In this document: positions 35,605 through 49,409 of the stretch, piece after piece
How positions within the stretch are numbered: position 1 is the first letter of the stretch
Layout of the letters: each line of letters starts with the position of its first letter
Assembly: GCA_013265495.1 (NCBI GenBank)
Contig: MU058423.1
Span: 1,191,061 to 1,255,060 of the forward strand
Length of the DNA: 64,000 nucleotides
Direction of reading: 5' to 3'
Origin: Vicugna vicugna
Taxonomy: Eukaryota
Notes under the pieces: model-generated
What the model was told of the DNA's origin: nothing
The model's input: only the letters and a program-made list of their open reading frames with translations
Databases searched by the model: none
Position numbers and translations under genes: made by a program

Positions 35605-38600
35605 ATGGGGAAGCTGTTGCTGTGGGTTGGTGAGTGTGGCGGGTCCCAGCCCCTCAATGTCACTCAGTCCAAGGGTACAAGGCTTCATAAGCTTGTTGTC
35701 TCTCTGGTGCCTGAGAAGCATCCTGGGAAGGGGAGCCTGGATTAGGTAGCAGTGGGACAGGACACAGTGAAGGGCGGGAGGGGCTCAGGGACGGGTGACC
35801 ACGGCAGTGGATCTCCACCCTGCCTGCACGTTAAACATTTTTATGCCTGGCTTCTACCTCGGGCCAATTCAGTCAGAATCTCTGGCGGCAGAGCCAGGAT
35901 TTCACACCTGTAAAATTTGCATCCAGGCTGGAGAACCACTGGCCTAGAGCTTTTGCTGGGGCTTCTAAAAGTCATTGTTATGCCTGTGCAAAGCAAGTGT
36001 GTATCCATGTGGTGTTTATCAGAGTGGAAAGGAACTTATATAGATCTGGCTTCACTGGCTGAACGTAGAGAAGAGGAAAGAGGTGGAGGGTGTGTGGTCC
36101 CCATTTGTGTGTCTGCGGGGCCGAGCTGGCGTGTGCACTCAGAACTGGAGGGTGGGCTGGGCGCGTCGCTCCGTGCTGACTGACTGTGACTCTCCCTGCA
36201 ATTCCTCCCCGCTGTCTCCTGCAGCGCTGGTTCTTGTGCTGAAACACCACAATGGTAAGGAAACTGTGTGGTCCTCTCCAGAGCCAGGGAGCGTCTCCAG
36301 CTGAGAAGTGCTTCACGTTGAGTGTCCCCGGCAGCCCCACCCTGCCCTGGCCCCCTTGTCAGGGATCATTGATCCAATGCAGCTCAGCAGAGGATTTTCA
36401 GTCACCTGAGCTTTGGGTCACTCTCTGTGCCAGGATTCAGACTTAAGGATCCATTCTGAACAGTATTTCACAAGGCTTTCTAGCCCACCCCCCCGACTCC
36501 CCGCCACCACCCCGCCAGGACCCCAGCTGTGGGGGAGGGGCCAGACATCAGTGTATCTTTGGGAGGGTGTGTGTTGGGGGTGTTACAGTGGCCTGGCCTC
36601 TCAGGCTGTGTTCACTCTGCTCTGTGGAAGCCGAGCTCCATACCCGTCTTGGTCTCTGCCAACAAATGCCTGCTCTCCCCTGCCAGGTGCTGCCCACAAA
36701 CTGGTGTGTTATTTCACCAAGTGGGCAATCAGTCGGCCTGGCCCTGCCTCCATCCTGCCCCGTGACCTGGACCCCTTTCTCTGCACTCACCTGGTATTTG
36801 CCTTTGCCTCAATGAACAACAACCAGATTGTTGCTATGGATCCCCAGGATGAGAAAATCCTCTACCCAGAGTTCAACAAGCTCAAGGAGAGGTGTGTTCA
36901 CTTTGGGTGTGGGGGTCATATTTTACAGATGGAGAGAATTAAGCCTTTTCTCCTGTTAGTCATCAATTTTCTCTGCTTCTTGTGTCCGAATCCCCTGTCT
37001 GGGGGGCTGTGGAGCATCCCTGCCTTGAGAGCTCCCTGCTGATCGTTCACTCTGAGCTCGTCCTAGCCGCCTTGCCTCTGTGGCTGCTGTTGCCCCTGTT
37101 TGAAATTCCCTCTTCTCTCTCCTCTGCCTGGCAACCCTCAGCTCAGCCTTTAAGCCCAGTGGTGAGGATTTCATGTATTAATACTGTTCAGGTGCTTCGG
37201 AGAGGGCTGCGCATGACAGAAGCTGCGCAGATGCTCGTGTTTCTGTTACCACCTGTCACCTGCGACCCCCAAGCTGTGAGCCCCCAAGGGAGTGGCCGGT
37301 GTCTGTGGTATTTCTGTACACCAGTGACTGGGTCAGTGGCGATGCTGAGCTGGAGCTCTGTAAGAGCTTCCGAAGTGTCCCTCTGCCCAGAACTCCTGGG
37401 CTCTCTCCTGTCCACGGAGGTCTGTCACTGCACGAATGGTTATAGAAGGGCGGGGGCAAATCCATGTCACTGGATGACACGCTCCGGAGAGGGCTGGCAG
37501 CTTGTCCGTCTGTTCACTGCTGTATCACAGGCACCTAAAGCAGTCGGTGGCCCAGAGGACGTGCTCAGTAAGTGTCTGTCGACTAAGAGAGTGGGTGAAG
37601 AGGAACATTTAGGCTGCTTTGCTTCGTCCTTTTGGGGGGCACATCATGAGGATGTGGGGACTTCGGGGGACTTTGGATAGCCTGGGGGTTCCTGGGTTGT
37701 GATGCCCTTTGGGCTGGCTGTTCTCCGCCTTTTCCTTCTTCCCCTTCCTGGGCTCTGCTCTGCTCCTTTCTTCCTTAGGCTCTTTCAGCTACCTCCCCCT
37801 TGCATGCCCACCTCACCCCCTACTTCCCACTGCTCCGCAAACAAGTGAGTGAGAACCCAGCTCACTGACTCTGTCCCACGTCACAGGAACAGGAAGCTGA
37901 AAACACTGCTGTCCATCGGAGGGTGGAAATTCGGCACGTCGAGGTGAGACTGTGCTGTCACACCTTCTCTCTGCGGAGGAGGGATGTGATGGGAGGAGGA
38001 GAAGCAGGCGGGCCCAAGGTGAGGACAGCGTCCGGGAGCCAGCTTGGCCAAGGGGACACAGGCTAGTGTGGACACTTCCAGAGTCCCAACCTGGCCCTGG
38101 ACTCCAGGGCTCCCCAACCTTTCCTCCACAGTGAGTGAGGGGAGACAGGGCAGGTCCAGAGGTGGTGAGAAAGGGGCTGGGGGAAATGAGGGACACAATG
38201 GGACACTCACAATGGTCCCCTCAACCCTTCCTAAGAGGCAGGGGTTTTCTCAGGGAAGAGAGGAGTCTTGTTTAGGACAAGAATAAACCCTAAAGCTCAC
38301 AGGGCCTGGGTTCCCTTGCTTTATAAATGGAGCCAATGATATCAACCTCAGAGGATAGGATGGGAGGAAAGGAAGTAACATAAATAAGATGCTCAGCTTA
38401 GCACCTTGGCACAAAGGACGTGTCCAGTACGTGGTGCCTCCTCTCTGTCACCCTCCACCAGGCAATGTGTAGATGACAAACTGCCTTCATATTCTCTGAA
38501 GAAATTCTTCCCCTCTTTCCTGGCTGAGGCCAGGGGCAGAGGCCACACCTGCCTCCCTCCCTTAGAGGAATGAGCAGTAGGAGAGGGCCAGCTGCTGGCC

Positions 38601-41600
38601 TGGGGCCAGGAGCAATGCAGGCAGGACTGGGCTGCTGGTGAGAATCGGCTCTGCCCGACCCCAGGCCTCGCCTCTCCCTCTGCCACCACTTTTTGCACAT
38701 TTGCTGTGTCCAGACACTGCCCGGGAGCTTTGCATGCATTATCTCATGGTCACTCATGGGAGGCTTACAAAGTGGTTGTTTACATTCCAAATTTGTCGAA
38801 ACAGAAGGCAGAAGAGTGAGAGGTTAAGGAACTTGCCATATTCCACCCGGGTGCCGTCAGGGATCACCCAGCTAGGTGATGGCCAGCAGAGAATGGAACC
38901 CAGGCCTGCCTACCCCTGAATCCGGCCAACGTTCTAATCATTGCACGCGGGGCTAGCCCAGAATTGCTTTAAGTTCAACTCCAATGAGTTAGAAGTTTTC
39001 CAATAGTACCTTCACTGCGGAAGAGAAAACAGTAGGAAAAATAGAAAAGAATCAAACAGCCAAAAGACAAAAGAGCAAAACGTCTGGAACTCTTGTGACA
39101 AGTTATGAGCCCATTAGCTCCGAGATCTTTCTGGAAATGCTGGCCGTTGGCTCACGTTTCCTCTCCTAATTGGTTCAGGCTGGAAAGTCAGTGCCAGGAC
39201 AGGGTATCAGGACCGAGCAGTTGCCCGTGAGGACACAGCAGAGGGAAGGCGCCGGCCAGCGGGGTACCGTATTTCTGCGGGCAGAGGCGCCTGCGGCTGT
39301 GTGCGTGTCTCCATCACGCAGGGGCAGGTGATGGAAACATCCTGGTGCCTTAATTCCCCACTCCTGGGTACTGAAGCCCCAGTGCCGGGAGGGGCTTTTA
39401 AGAGGGTTTAAGAGATTCAAAGACCTCCCTTCCGTTCCTCAGTTATGTCCGCTGTGCCGCCCACAGGCGCAAACACCAGGGGCCTGGTAGGGAGGCTGTG
39501 GTTCTGCAGAAAGCGTTCCTGGCCTCACCCCTGGTCTCCCTGCAGGTTCACCACTATGCTGTCCACGTTCGCCAGCCGGAAGACGTTTATCAGTTCAGTT
39601 ATATTTCTCCTGAGGACACATGACTTCGATGGGCTGGACCTCTTCTTCCTGTACCCTGGACTCAGAGGCAGCCCCCGGCGTGACCGGTGGGCTTTCCACC
39701 TCTTAATTGAAGTAAGGGCAGTCCGGCATCTCCCAAAGCCAGAAATGATTCTACTTTGATCCCATCTGGGCTCAGGGCATAAGAGGAGCCTAAGGCCAGG
39801 GGCAAGAGCAGCAGAGCGGGGACAGAATGTTCTTTTCCTGCCACCACCCTTGAAAAGAGCAGGTTTTGGGCAAAAGATCTGCTAAGCAGGTGCCCTTTTT
39901 GTAGCTCTTTTTCCTCTGTCACATCCAGGTCTTGGTGCAGCTCTCCAGGCTGAGGGATGCTTTCTCTGTGCAGCTTCCTGGACTCCCTCAGGCGGGCAGT
40001 CTGAACTCTGAGCCTGCCTGCCAGCCCTCTATTCAATGACTTACCACATTGGCTCCCGTCCACCTTTCTCATGAGCCCGTGGGCGGGACCTGTGTCTGAC
40101 TCTCACGGCTCAGGGAGCTCCACAAATAAAGTTTTCCTGGATGATACTTTCCTTCCCTGACTCTGATGTGTCTGGTTCTCTGTGTCTGTCTCTCTTTATT
40201 CTCAGGAGCTCCTGTCTGCCTTCCAGAAGGAGGCACAGCTCACCATGCGTCCAAGGTTGCTGCTGTCTGCTGCTGTGTCTGGGGACCCTCATGTCATCCA
40301 TAAAGCATATGTAGCACACATTCTGGGAAGGTGAGAGGGCGCTGTCTTGGTGGGGCAGGACACTGGAGGGAAGGAGGCGTCTCAAGCTCAAAACCCCAGA
40401 GCTGCCCAAGCACTGTCCTCGGGCTTTCAGTGTGTCTGCCCTTGTGTAAGTGCTTGCTTGTTTGGGAAGTAGGCTGACCGCGAGCATAGGAGGGGATAAG
40501 GATTATGCCATTGTGTCCTGGGCTTTCTTTAGGAGATCAGAGGGAGCTGACATAGTACCAGGCCGTGCCACAACATCCTCTTGGGTACAGTCTTCTGCAT
40601 AGCCCATCGCTGGGTCTCACAGGAGAGACTCCATGGGCCTGGCCGCTGCTGTCCCAGGGTCCCCAGCAGACACACACTGGGTGCCAGATGGCTGACATCA
40701 GAGAATCTGATGAATTACCAACTACTGCCACTAAAACAAAAGTAGGAATGCCCAGCCAGGCCCAGTTTTCAGAGCACAGGTCTTCATGGAAACTTATAAA
40801 ACCAGACAAGGAGAGCTCATAACACTATCTGGAGATGCTAACTCTGGACTAATTTTCCTCAAAGCTCAAGAATCAAATATTTACAGGTAGGAACATTGAG
40901 GCAGATGCAGAACAAAAGAGATGATGGGTGTGATGACACTTAGGGAGAGTAGTTTCAATGTGGCAGGAAAGGTGAGAGACCCAGTGTGGCAGAGTTTGCC
41001 TGTGTTGGTCTTACAGCCAGACAGGACGGAGGGAGTCCTACCTTCACCCAGTTGAGTGACCTTAGACAAATTAGATAACCACCCGAGTTTCAACTGCTTT
41101 ATTTTTTATGTGGAGAAAATTATAGTACTTAGGGCTTTGGCCAGATTAAAATTAAATTAAAACCTCTACACCTATGACCTGGTCAAGGCTCAGCTGAACT
41201 TTGTCATTTGGAAAGCTTTCTGGAAGAGACAGGTTTCAGTGGTTCTTTGAATGGTAGGAAGACAGAAGCTCTTTTATGCTGTGGGACAGAACCGCTTATA
41301 CGTGACAATTTATGCAGACCTCTGTTGTGCTTGTATCAGGCCTGGATGCGTTTGCTTTCTGGTTTGACTCCTGCCCACTCCCTTGGATACTCTCCAGATG
41401 GCGTAGATCCTGATACATGGCTGCCCCTAACCAGCTGTGTGTTCCAATGGCAGCTTCTCAAGTGGAGGACACAGCTTGGGCAGGCCCCACAGGCAGAAGT
41501 GGCAGGAAGGCTCATTGGCCAACACACAGCTAGTTAACTACTTAGCACTAGATGACCTGACTTGAAAATCCAGCTGGCCCGAGCTTCATGTCTCCTCTTC

Positions 41601-44600
41601 CTGCCCCTGCCAGCCTCCTGGATTTCATCAACGTCTTGACTTATGACTTCCATGGAAGCTGGGAAAAGTTCACAGGACACCATAGCCCCCTGTTCTCTCC
41701 GCCTGAAGACCCCAAATCTTCGGTAAGGAAAGGAGAGCTCTCAGGCGGCCCAGAAATCTGCCCTTGAGGCCAGGCCATTGGCTCTTGGTAACAGGGAGGG
41801 GTTTGTGTTCTTCCTACCTGCAGGCACATGCCATGAATTACTGGCGTAATCTTGGGGTGCCCCCACAGAAGCTCCTCATGGGGTTCCCCACCTATGGACG
41901 TACTTTTCGCCTCCTCAAAGCCTCTAAGAATGAACTGCGGGCAGAAGCTGTGGGACCAGCATCTCCAGGGAAGTACACCAAGCAAGCTGGCTTCTTGGCT
42001 TATTATGAGGTGATAGGAATAGGGACTTCTGTCTGTTAGTTACGGCGTCCCCATCCCCAGCCCGGGTAAGAGCAAGGACAGGGGACATAGGTGAGGCTGA
42101 GGGCTGGAGACAGGACAAGGGGGTGGTTTGCTGGAAAAGGGGATTCTACTCTCTGGGATAGTCTGTTTTTCTTCAGGGGAAGTTACTTGTATGTTTTCTA
42201 AGGGATGCGGGGCTGGGTAGAGTCTGAATGGAGGGGAAAAGAATCTTAAAAGTTATAAGTCAATCCTAACTTTATGGCCTAAGTAAACATAATTAATATT
42301 TGCAGTATACAAAATTTCAAACATTTGCAAAGGTAAAAGAATAGAATAACCGCTTCTCACTTTCCCTGACTCCCAAATACCCCTCACCCAGCTTCCATCA
42401 GTAACCACTCATGGCCAGTCCTGTTGACTCTCTGCTCCCTGACTCCCTCCCTCCCACCGCTAGATTATTTTGAAGCAATTCCAGGACATCCTCTATCACA
42501 GATTCTTTCTCCTTTACCCCAGTTCCACTCCCTTAATCCTCATCTCAACAAGACTTGCTGTTGAGGGGAGGAAAGAGACCCAAGGGAACATAAAACACAA
42601 GAGAAGACAGTTAAGAGGCACCGAGTGACTGTAGGATCTGGAAAGGTCTTATGGAGCAGGTGGATTTTGAGCAGAGATTTCAAGATGGGCAGGAGTGACA
42701 AGATGGGAAGGACCTACCTGGTAGAGGGCAGAGGTACACAGACACAAGGCGTGTAGGGTGCCAATGGAGGGCTGTACCCTTGCCTTAGGTAGCAGTGCAG
42801 GTGCCTCTCCAGTCTCTGCTCTGTGCTGGCAGCCTAGAAATGTTTTACAACTAATCCAATGATAAATGACACAATAGAAGTAATGTTCTTAAAGGACATT
42901 ATGGGGCAAAGAGATTTTGATAGAACCTTTAACGAACCAAACCAAACCGAATCCCAGACTTGCACATTAACATCTGCAGTCCTGCTTGAACACACGTCTT
43001 TGCAGCATATGGCTTCTACACGGTGCTGGGCACCCAGTCTATGCTCAGATGCGTCCTTGGTTGTAACTACCTTGTTCTCCCTGCCTTTGAGCCCTTTAAA
43101 TTTACTATAGATGCAACAGTTAGTTTGATAAATACCTGTATGGGGCAATTTATGTTGGTATCAATGAACAGAAGAGATACTTATTCCTGAAAACTCTTTG
43201 AAAAAGATACAGGTTTTGTCAAGGGTCAGGCTTGCTACTGTAGTAGCTTGGTATCGACATTATTTACCAAACTCTGGTTTGGTTTCTTAAGGATGTCACA
43301 CAGTCCTTGGTTCTCTATCTGTTTACGCATCACGGACATTAGAAGAAGGAATGTGCGATAGTAGGAAATAATCCAGAATAGACAATGGCTTTGTGAGTGG
43401 CTTCCCCACTCTCTCTTTTTCCTCTTCCTCTCACTCCCTGATGAGGGATTCTTGGCCTCTGTCCCTGGGCGAGGAACAGCGTGTCTGCTGGCGCTTCTCT
43501 CCATGGCGCTTCCCAGAACTGACCTGGTGATCCTCCTGGTAGGTTTGCTCCTTTGTCCAGAGTGGGAGGAAGCGCTGGATTGATTCTCAGTATGTCCCAT
43601 ATGTCCACAAGGGGAGGGACTGGATCGGCTTTGATGATAACAACAGCTTCAGGTACAAGGTGAGAACTCGGTCCTTTCTTGTTCCAGCTTAGAATTTCCC
43701 TCTAGCTTTTTTGAGTCCCTTGTCTGTTCTCTCTCTCTCTCTCTCTCTGTGAGTGTGTGTGTGTGTGTGTACTGAGTGGAGTATGAAAGGTGAGGATGTC
43801 TTGATCAGGTAAGTTTCAGGTATACCTGAAGTACGTGGAGTTTCTTAATCCCATCTGGCCTAACCCTTTTATTTTGAAGGGAAGGAATCTTAGATTTGAG
43901 GGGAGGAACAGACTTTTGGTGGCGGTCTCTTCTTTTCTATTTGGATCAGTTAAGTTCCAGACAGATAAATACCAATGTGAGGGAGACCACGTTAAGCACA
44001 CCATGAATATTACTGATATGTGCAGGAGTGGGGAAGTCAGGGGGGGCTTCCTGAGGGAGGTGAGCAGGAGGAGGAGATGATGATGTAGGGAAAGGCTCAG
44101 TGTGTACAGAAAGCTTGTTCAAAGCACATTCAAAGGAGAATTTAGGTGGAGGAAAAGAATTTTTGTAAAATGAAAAGAAGGTAGTAAAGCTACCAGTATA
44201 AAGCTGGCCTGTTTATAGAGGGACTTGGTTGCTAGTGAAGGATTTGGCCTTCATCCTGTGGACATTTTCAGGCAAAATCAGGTTTCTGAGCAGGTGTATG
44301 ACCTGCGAGTTGGAAACCTTTAGGCTCTAATTGTGACCACCCGCTCTCCCCTTATTAGCAGTGAAAATGAAATTGAATTTGGCCGTTTTTTTTTTTCAAT
44401 AGTGAATTAGAACAGAAACGACTGGTCCTGGTGGTTCCCTAACCCGCCTCTGCTTGAAGTCACTTCAGAGACTTGATAAATGTAGTTCCACCCTTGAATA
44501 TTCATCAGGTCTTAGAAAGAATCTAGAAATGGCTTTTAGTATGTCCCCATGTGATCCTACTGTACTCGGTGTGGCACTTTGGGAAGTGTGCAAGCATGAG

Positions 44601-45591
44601 ATAATGCGGATCTGGACTGGGGTGCTTGAGAGGAGAGCCCATTGAATGAGAAATTGTCAGAACTTCACTGTTGCCTGAATATCAGGACTTAAAAGTAGAG
44701 GGATGTCAGAGTGTCTCTTCCTGTAAGTGATGTAGGGGCATAAGTGTTGGTTGTTCCTTGGGGACATCTAGGGTAGAAAGAACAAAAAATAGGGCAGCAT
44801 TCATGAAGATTCACTGTGACCTCCTCTGTGCATAACCCTAAGTGAGGCCTGCAGAGGGGAGAGAGGCAGAGAGCATGCTTTCAGCCTCCAGGATCCTACT
44901 CTGTGGATGGGAATGGCCTACGCAAGCAAAAAAGGCCAAGGGCAATGCAAGTATCCAGTTGGATGGAATTGAATATATGACCCCTAGGACACAAAAGAGG
45001 GGGTTGACCTCTGTTACCGGGGAAAGCCTGGGAGCAGCTGTGGAGGGCGGGCTTGCTTTGAGGGGCAGTTACTGTTCCTGCAGAGCTGGAGAGGTGCCCG
45101 AGCCCAGTGTGAGGATGATTATGGGATTTCATCGTAGAATCTCAGAGCTAAAAGAAGCTTTGGAGGTAATCAGTGGGAGACAGTGGTCCCCGGATTTCTC
45201 AGTGTTCCCACACTGTCCAGGTGTTCTGAGTAAAGGAAATAGATCTGCTACTAAAAATTAGAAAGTTGCATTTCCCCTTTCCCCCAGAGCCATTTCCTTA
45301 CATGCAAGGGTTGTAGAGTCCCCACCCTAAAGAGGACTTGTTTACTCTCCAGAGCAAAGATCTCAGTCTCTCTAGCGGGGAGGAGGGCCAGATATGTCAG
45401 CTTCCTACGTAAGCTAGAATCTCATCATTTTGGGGTTCCTCTTCTGTAGTGTGGACCCTGTTGCACATGTAGATGAATATCTAGTCTCCTTTGCATCACT
45501 CTTTGGGTAACTGGGGCATGAACAGGTGCTATTCTGACTGTTCTTTTTGCTGTGGGTTGTAATGGTCAGTTCTCTGATCCAGAGATCGTGT

Positions 45592-45630
<39 letters not shown>

Positions 45631-48318
45631 TGTATATAAAACTGGCAGGTTAATTTGGTTAGCCTGAAAGTAGGATGAAATCTTAGAATCTTCACAGTTG
45701 CATACTTGATAATTAGGTTCCTCTGTCTTATTTTACATTTGGGGAAAGCAAATCTCAGAAAGAAGCCAACTGATTTGGCCAAGTCATGCAGCTGTTTGGG
45801 TATGATAGAGTCTGTCTTTTCCATCAGCCTGGACAGAGAGCTTTGGCGAAGTAATAATAAAACCTGGGTTTGAGTCTAAACCCTGCCTTTTAGTTATATC
45901 TAAGGTTTTAAAAATCACAGGCAAAAGACTTTATTTACTTATCTGTGAAAAGGGTACAATGCAATCTGCTCTCTCTTTTATAGCATCACTATGATAGAAG
46001 GTCTGTTGAAGTGGTTTTTAAAAATAAAGTAGTATCTATCCTGCAGTATGATGATAATGGTGATTAGCAGGCTGGGGAGCTAGAGATAGTATTTAACATT
46101 CATGAACATTGATTATGTGCGAAATAGTGCTCCAAGTATTTCACACGTAGGAATTTTTTTTAAAAAATTTTCAAATTGTGGCAAAATACGCATCATACAA
46201 AATTAACAATTTTACTCATTTTTTGTTACAGTTTGGTAGCACTGAGTACATTCACATTGTTGTGTAACTATCACCTCATCCAAACTGAAGCTCCATACCC
46301 GCTAAACAGCTCCCCATTCTTCTCTCACGCAGCTCCTGGCAATCACCATCTCTATGAATGTGACTACTCTAAGTACACTATAATTGGAATCGTAATATTT
46401 GTCCTTTTGTGATTGGCTCATTTCACTTAGCATAATATCTTCAAATTCCATGCATATTGTAGCATGTGCACATAGGAATTCTTCGGATTCTAAAAATGTG
46501 GGAAAAGTTATTATCCATTTTTTTACAAATGAGGCAACTAAGACACAAGGTACGTAACACTTTCAAGATCCCATGGCTAATAAGTGGTAGAGGCTAGACT
46601 GAAATACAGACTCTGTGCCTAACCACCCTGCGATGTGGCCTTCCGAGATTCCATCTGTTTTTTGTCACTGCACCCAGTCTAGAGGATGGCCAGGACAGCG
46701 GTTTGACTGACTACTGATTTTTCAGGCATTTTTCATAAAGAAAGAGCATTTCGGGGGGGCCATGGTGTGGACCTTGGACCTAGATGACGTCAAGGGCACT
46801 TTCTGTGGCACGGGCCCCTTTCCCCTTGTCCACACGTTGAATACTCTCCTGGTGGACGCTGGTAAGTAGCTGTGACCTAGAAGCGGGGGTTGGAAGTTGC
46901 GTAACCAGCCACTGGGTGGGGCCCTTCTGTTAGATCTTAGGTGAGGCAACATGACATTGAAGGCAGAGAAGAATAAGCTTTGATGCCAGGTCAGTTTGGC
47001 TCGGATGCATGCTCTGTTTGACCTCCCTGAGCTTTGTTTTCCCCATCTACAAAGTAGGAATAATCCTTATGCTCGTGACATTATTGTACAAACTAAATGA
47101 GATATGGAAAGAAAACATGCTGGCTCATGCCGAACACTGAATATATGTTCGTTTATTTCTCTATTTCTTTTTTCTGCTTTCATGGGACAAGAGCCAGAAA
47201 GGGAAATTAATTTTCTTTTTTATATCTCTTTGTTAAGAGATACTTCCCTGGCAGTCGGGAGGTGGAACCTGGCATTCTAGAGCTGAAACTTCCTTGGAGA
47301 TGGTTTATAATCCTCAATCTGTTAGGAGACCTGGGCTCAGAAAGATAATTCAACAAGTAAGGGGTGGAGATGGGACTCTGACCCAGTTCCTTACAACGTG
47401 ATGTCTGGAGCAGCCTCCTTGCCCTCTGTCTTGTCCCTGGTACCTCCCACATTGGAGGACATAAAAGGTTTCTCCTTGAGGATTCAACAAGTGTGGAATT
47501 AAGCCTTGGGGACAAGATCTTGCTACATGTGCAAAGGTCAAATGAGGACCTAAACAAAGAGAACTGGCAGACTCCTCCTTGGGGGTCACTCACTGGAAAT
47601 GCAGCAGACCCACTGAGTGCTCACACATGCCTGGGGTCATGTTAACACGATGAGGCTGGGGAACGGGGCTTCTATGTGGTGGGATTCTATCTGTATCCTC
47701 AGGTGGGTGCTTTTGGAAATCCTCCAATCCTGGTTTGGGAGCAGGTACTTCAGCCCTGGAATGGTCCTTGTCCTACCAGTAAGTAATACGATGGGAAGAA
47801 AGGCAGGAATCTCATTCCTTTCTTATGATTTTCTCTTAGAGTTCAGCTCAACTCCTTCTCCAAAATTTTGGTTCTCAACTGCTGTGAATTCTTCAAGAAC
47901 TGGCCCTGAAAGGTTGACTGTGACCAAGGATCTGAACACTGATCTGTGGATTTTGCCCCCAGGAGGAGAGGCTATAGCCACTGAGACGTATAGAAAGTCT
48001 GAAAATATGTCCACGATCTCCAGAGGTGGACTTGTGACCCCTACAAGGGAAACTGTGTCTTTTGCAAATCACACTGTAGCTCCAGAAGGGAAAACTGAGA
48101 CCCCTGGAGAGAACGTGACCCCTCTGGGCTATCAGTCTGTGATCCCTGGAGAGATAATGGTGGCTCCAGTACATCTTCAGACTGGAGAGAAGATTCTGCC
48201 CACAAGAAGGAAGACTGTAGCCCCTGAGAAGATGACTGTCTCCTCTGGAAAGATGACAGTCACTTCCAATGGGCAGAATGATCCTCTAAGAGGAGAATTT
48301 GACATCAGGGCACCCTGA
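35605..48318 (+). CDS. OVGP1: Oviduct-specific glycoprotein (oviductin, MUC9): non-catalytic GH18 chitinase-like domain plus Ser/Thr/Pro-rich tail; 11 coding exons, 544 aa
   Basis: Exons: 35605-35629, 36225-36254, 36687-36891, 37887-37943, 39546-39711, 40206-40330, 41614-41722, 41824-42009, 43543-43659, 46726-46861, 47840-48318. Total 1635 nt, GT-AG introns, no internal stop. Translates [28 protein letters not shown]... The GH18 DxxDxDxE motif reads DGLDLFFLY (catalytic Glu absent), as is typical of OVGP1. Confidence 0.96.
43725..43770. repeat. (CT)n(GT)n compound microsatellite
   Basis: Directly visible in OVGP1 intron 9. Confidence 0.9.
45588..45633. repeat. (TG)n microsatellite
   Basis: Directly visible, with a few interruptions. 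Confidence 0.9.
46160..46470 (-). mobile_element. L1M 3' fragment in OVGP1 intron 9
   Basis: 'aaattgtggcaaaatacgcatcatacaaaattaacaatttt...gtcctttt gtgattggctcatttcacttagcataat'. Confidence 0.7.
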
Positions 48319-48681
48319 CCCCCTGACGGGTTACTTTGGTTTTCAGACATGAGCTGAAAACTGGATGCTGCCCTCTGGCCCTGTCATCTATCTCCTAGGA
48401 CACAGTCCTCTTGTTTTTGACAGCCCTTTTGTTCCCACTAGTGGAACCATTCCTCTCAATGAACCTTCCAACAAGTCCTCTCTGTAAAGAAAGAACACCC
48501 CCCCCCAAAAAAACTCTGCTGTGGGTCAAGGATGCTGAGCTCTGTTGGTGGAAGAAGCTGGGGAAAGCCCTTGCCTTTCTTCTAGGTCCCCTGACAGAAG
48601 CTGCCTGTGCCCAGCCATTCATAAACCATTCTTGGGGCAAAGCAGCCCCCAAGCCACAGTGAATTAATCTCTTTTCTGTTG

Positions 48682-48687
48682 AATAAA
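48682..48687 (+). terminator. Probable OVGP1 polyadenylation signal (AATAAA)
   Basis: First AATAAA after the stop codon, about 365 nt downstream, followed by T-rich sequence. Confidence 0.65.
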
Positions 48688-49409
48688 CTGAAAGCACAAG
48701 AATCCATCTGAGGTTTTTGAATTTCTTTTCTTGAAATAACCTATGCTAGTCAACTGTCAGCTTCTCTCTTTCAAGGTCACTTTCCCTTCCTACTATTTTT
48801 GGAAAGAGAGAGTTTGTGTCGAGCCCATGCTGATGTTTACCAATGTAGATCATATGCCTCCCTTTCTGCCACAAACAGCTGCTGCTTTGCTGTTGGTCAG
48901 AGCCAGAATCTCTTCTAGAGAAGTTTTCCACAGTCATCAAGGGGGCTGAGAAAAGAAAGAGGGAGTTGTGTCTTCCAATTATATTCTCTACTTTGTAAAA
49001 CCTTAGCTGTCTCTGAACTGCCCCCTTCACCATTCTCTCCATAAGAAGTGGTTGAGTGGAAGACAAAAATCAGTATTTTTTTTTGTCTTACCTGTACATT
49101 TCTCCTAGGTCTCCTCCAGAAACACCAATTCCCATATACTACACACAGCAGTCCACTTACAGAGTATTTCCTGGACACGACTGACCCTCATAAGCCAGAC
49201 CCAGGACCAATTTCCAGCCTTCCCTTTCCAGGAAACATGGATGCTAGTGGGCGTCAGACCTATCACCAATGTTACCTTTTCTTTTGGAAGTACAGCCTCC
49301 AAGAGTGTAAGATAAAGTTCTCATATTAAAATGCCTGTGGGAGCAAGCAGCTATCATAAATGACCAAATCAGGTGAAGGGGATATCCTCACAAGTGTGGG
49401 CACATGGCC

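Noticed and set aside
36982..37680. 232-aa ORF in OVGP1 intron 3
   Set aside because: Non-ATG start, no recognisable domain, GC-rich intronic sequence between well-defined exons; most likely a chance ORF.
47617..47839. N-terminal part of the 233-aa ORF 47617-48318
   Set aside because: Intronic read-through. The real exon 11 begins at 47840 after the acceptor ttctcttag, in phase with exon 10.
35605..48318. OVGP1 as a pseudogene, as in some mammals
   Set aside because: All 11 exons splice in frame with no premature stop, and the ERE, TATA and polyA signal are present. Loss of the catalytic Glu is normal for OVGP1.
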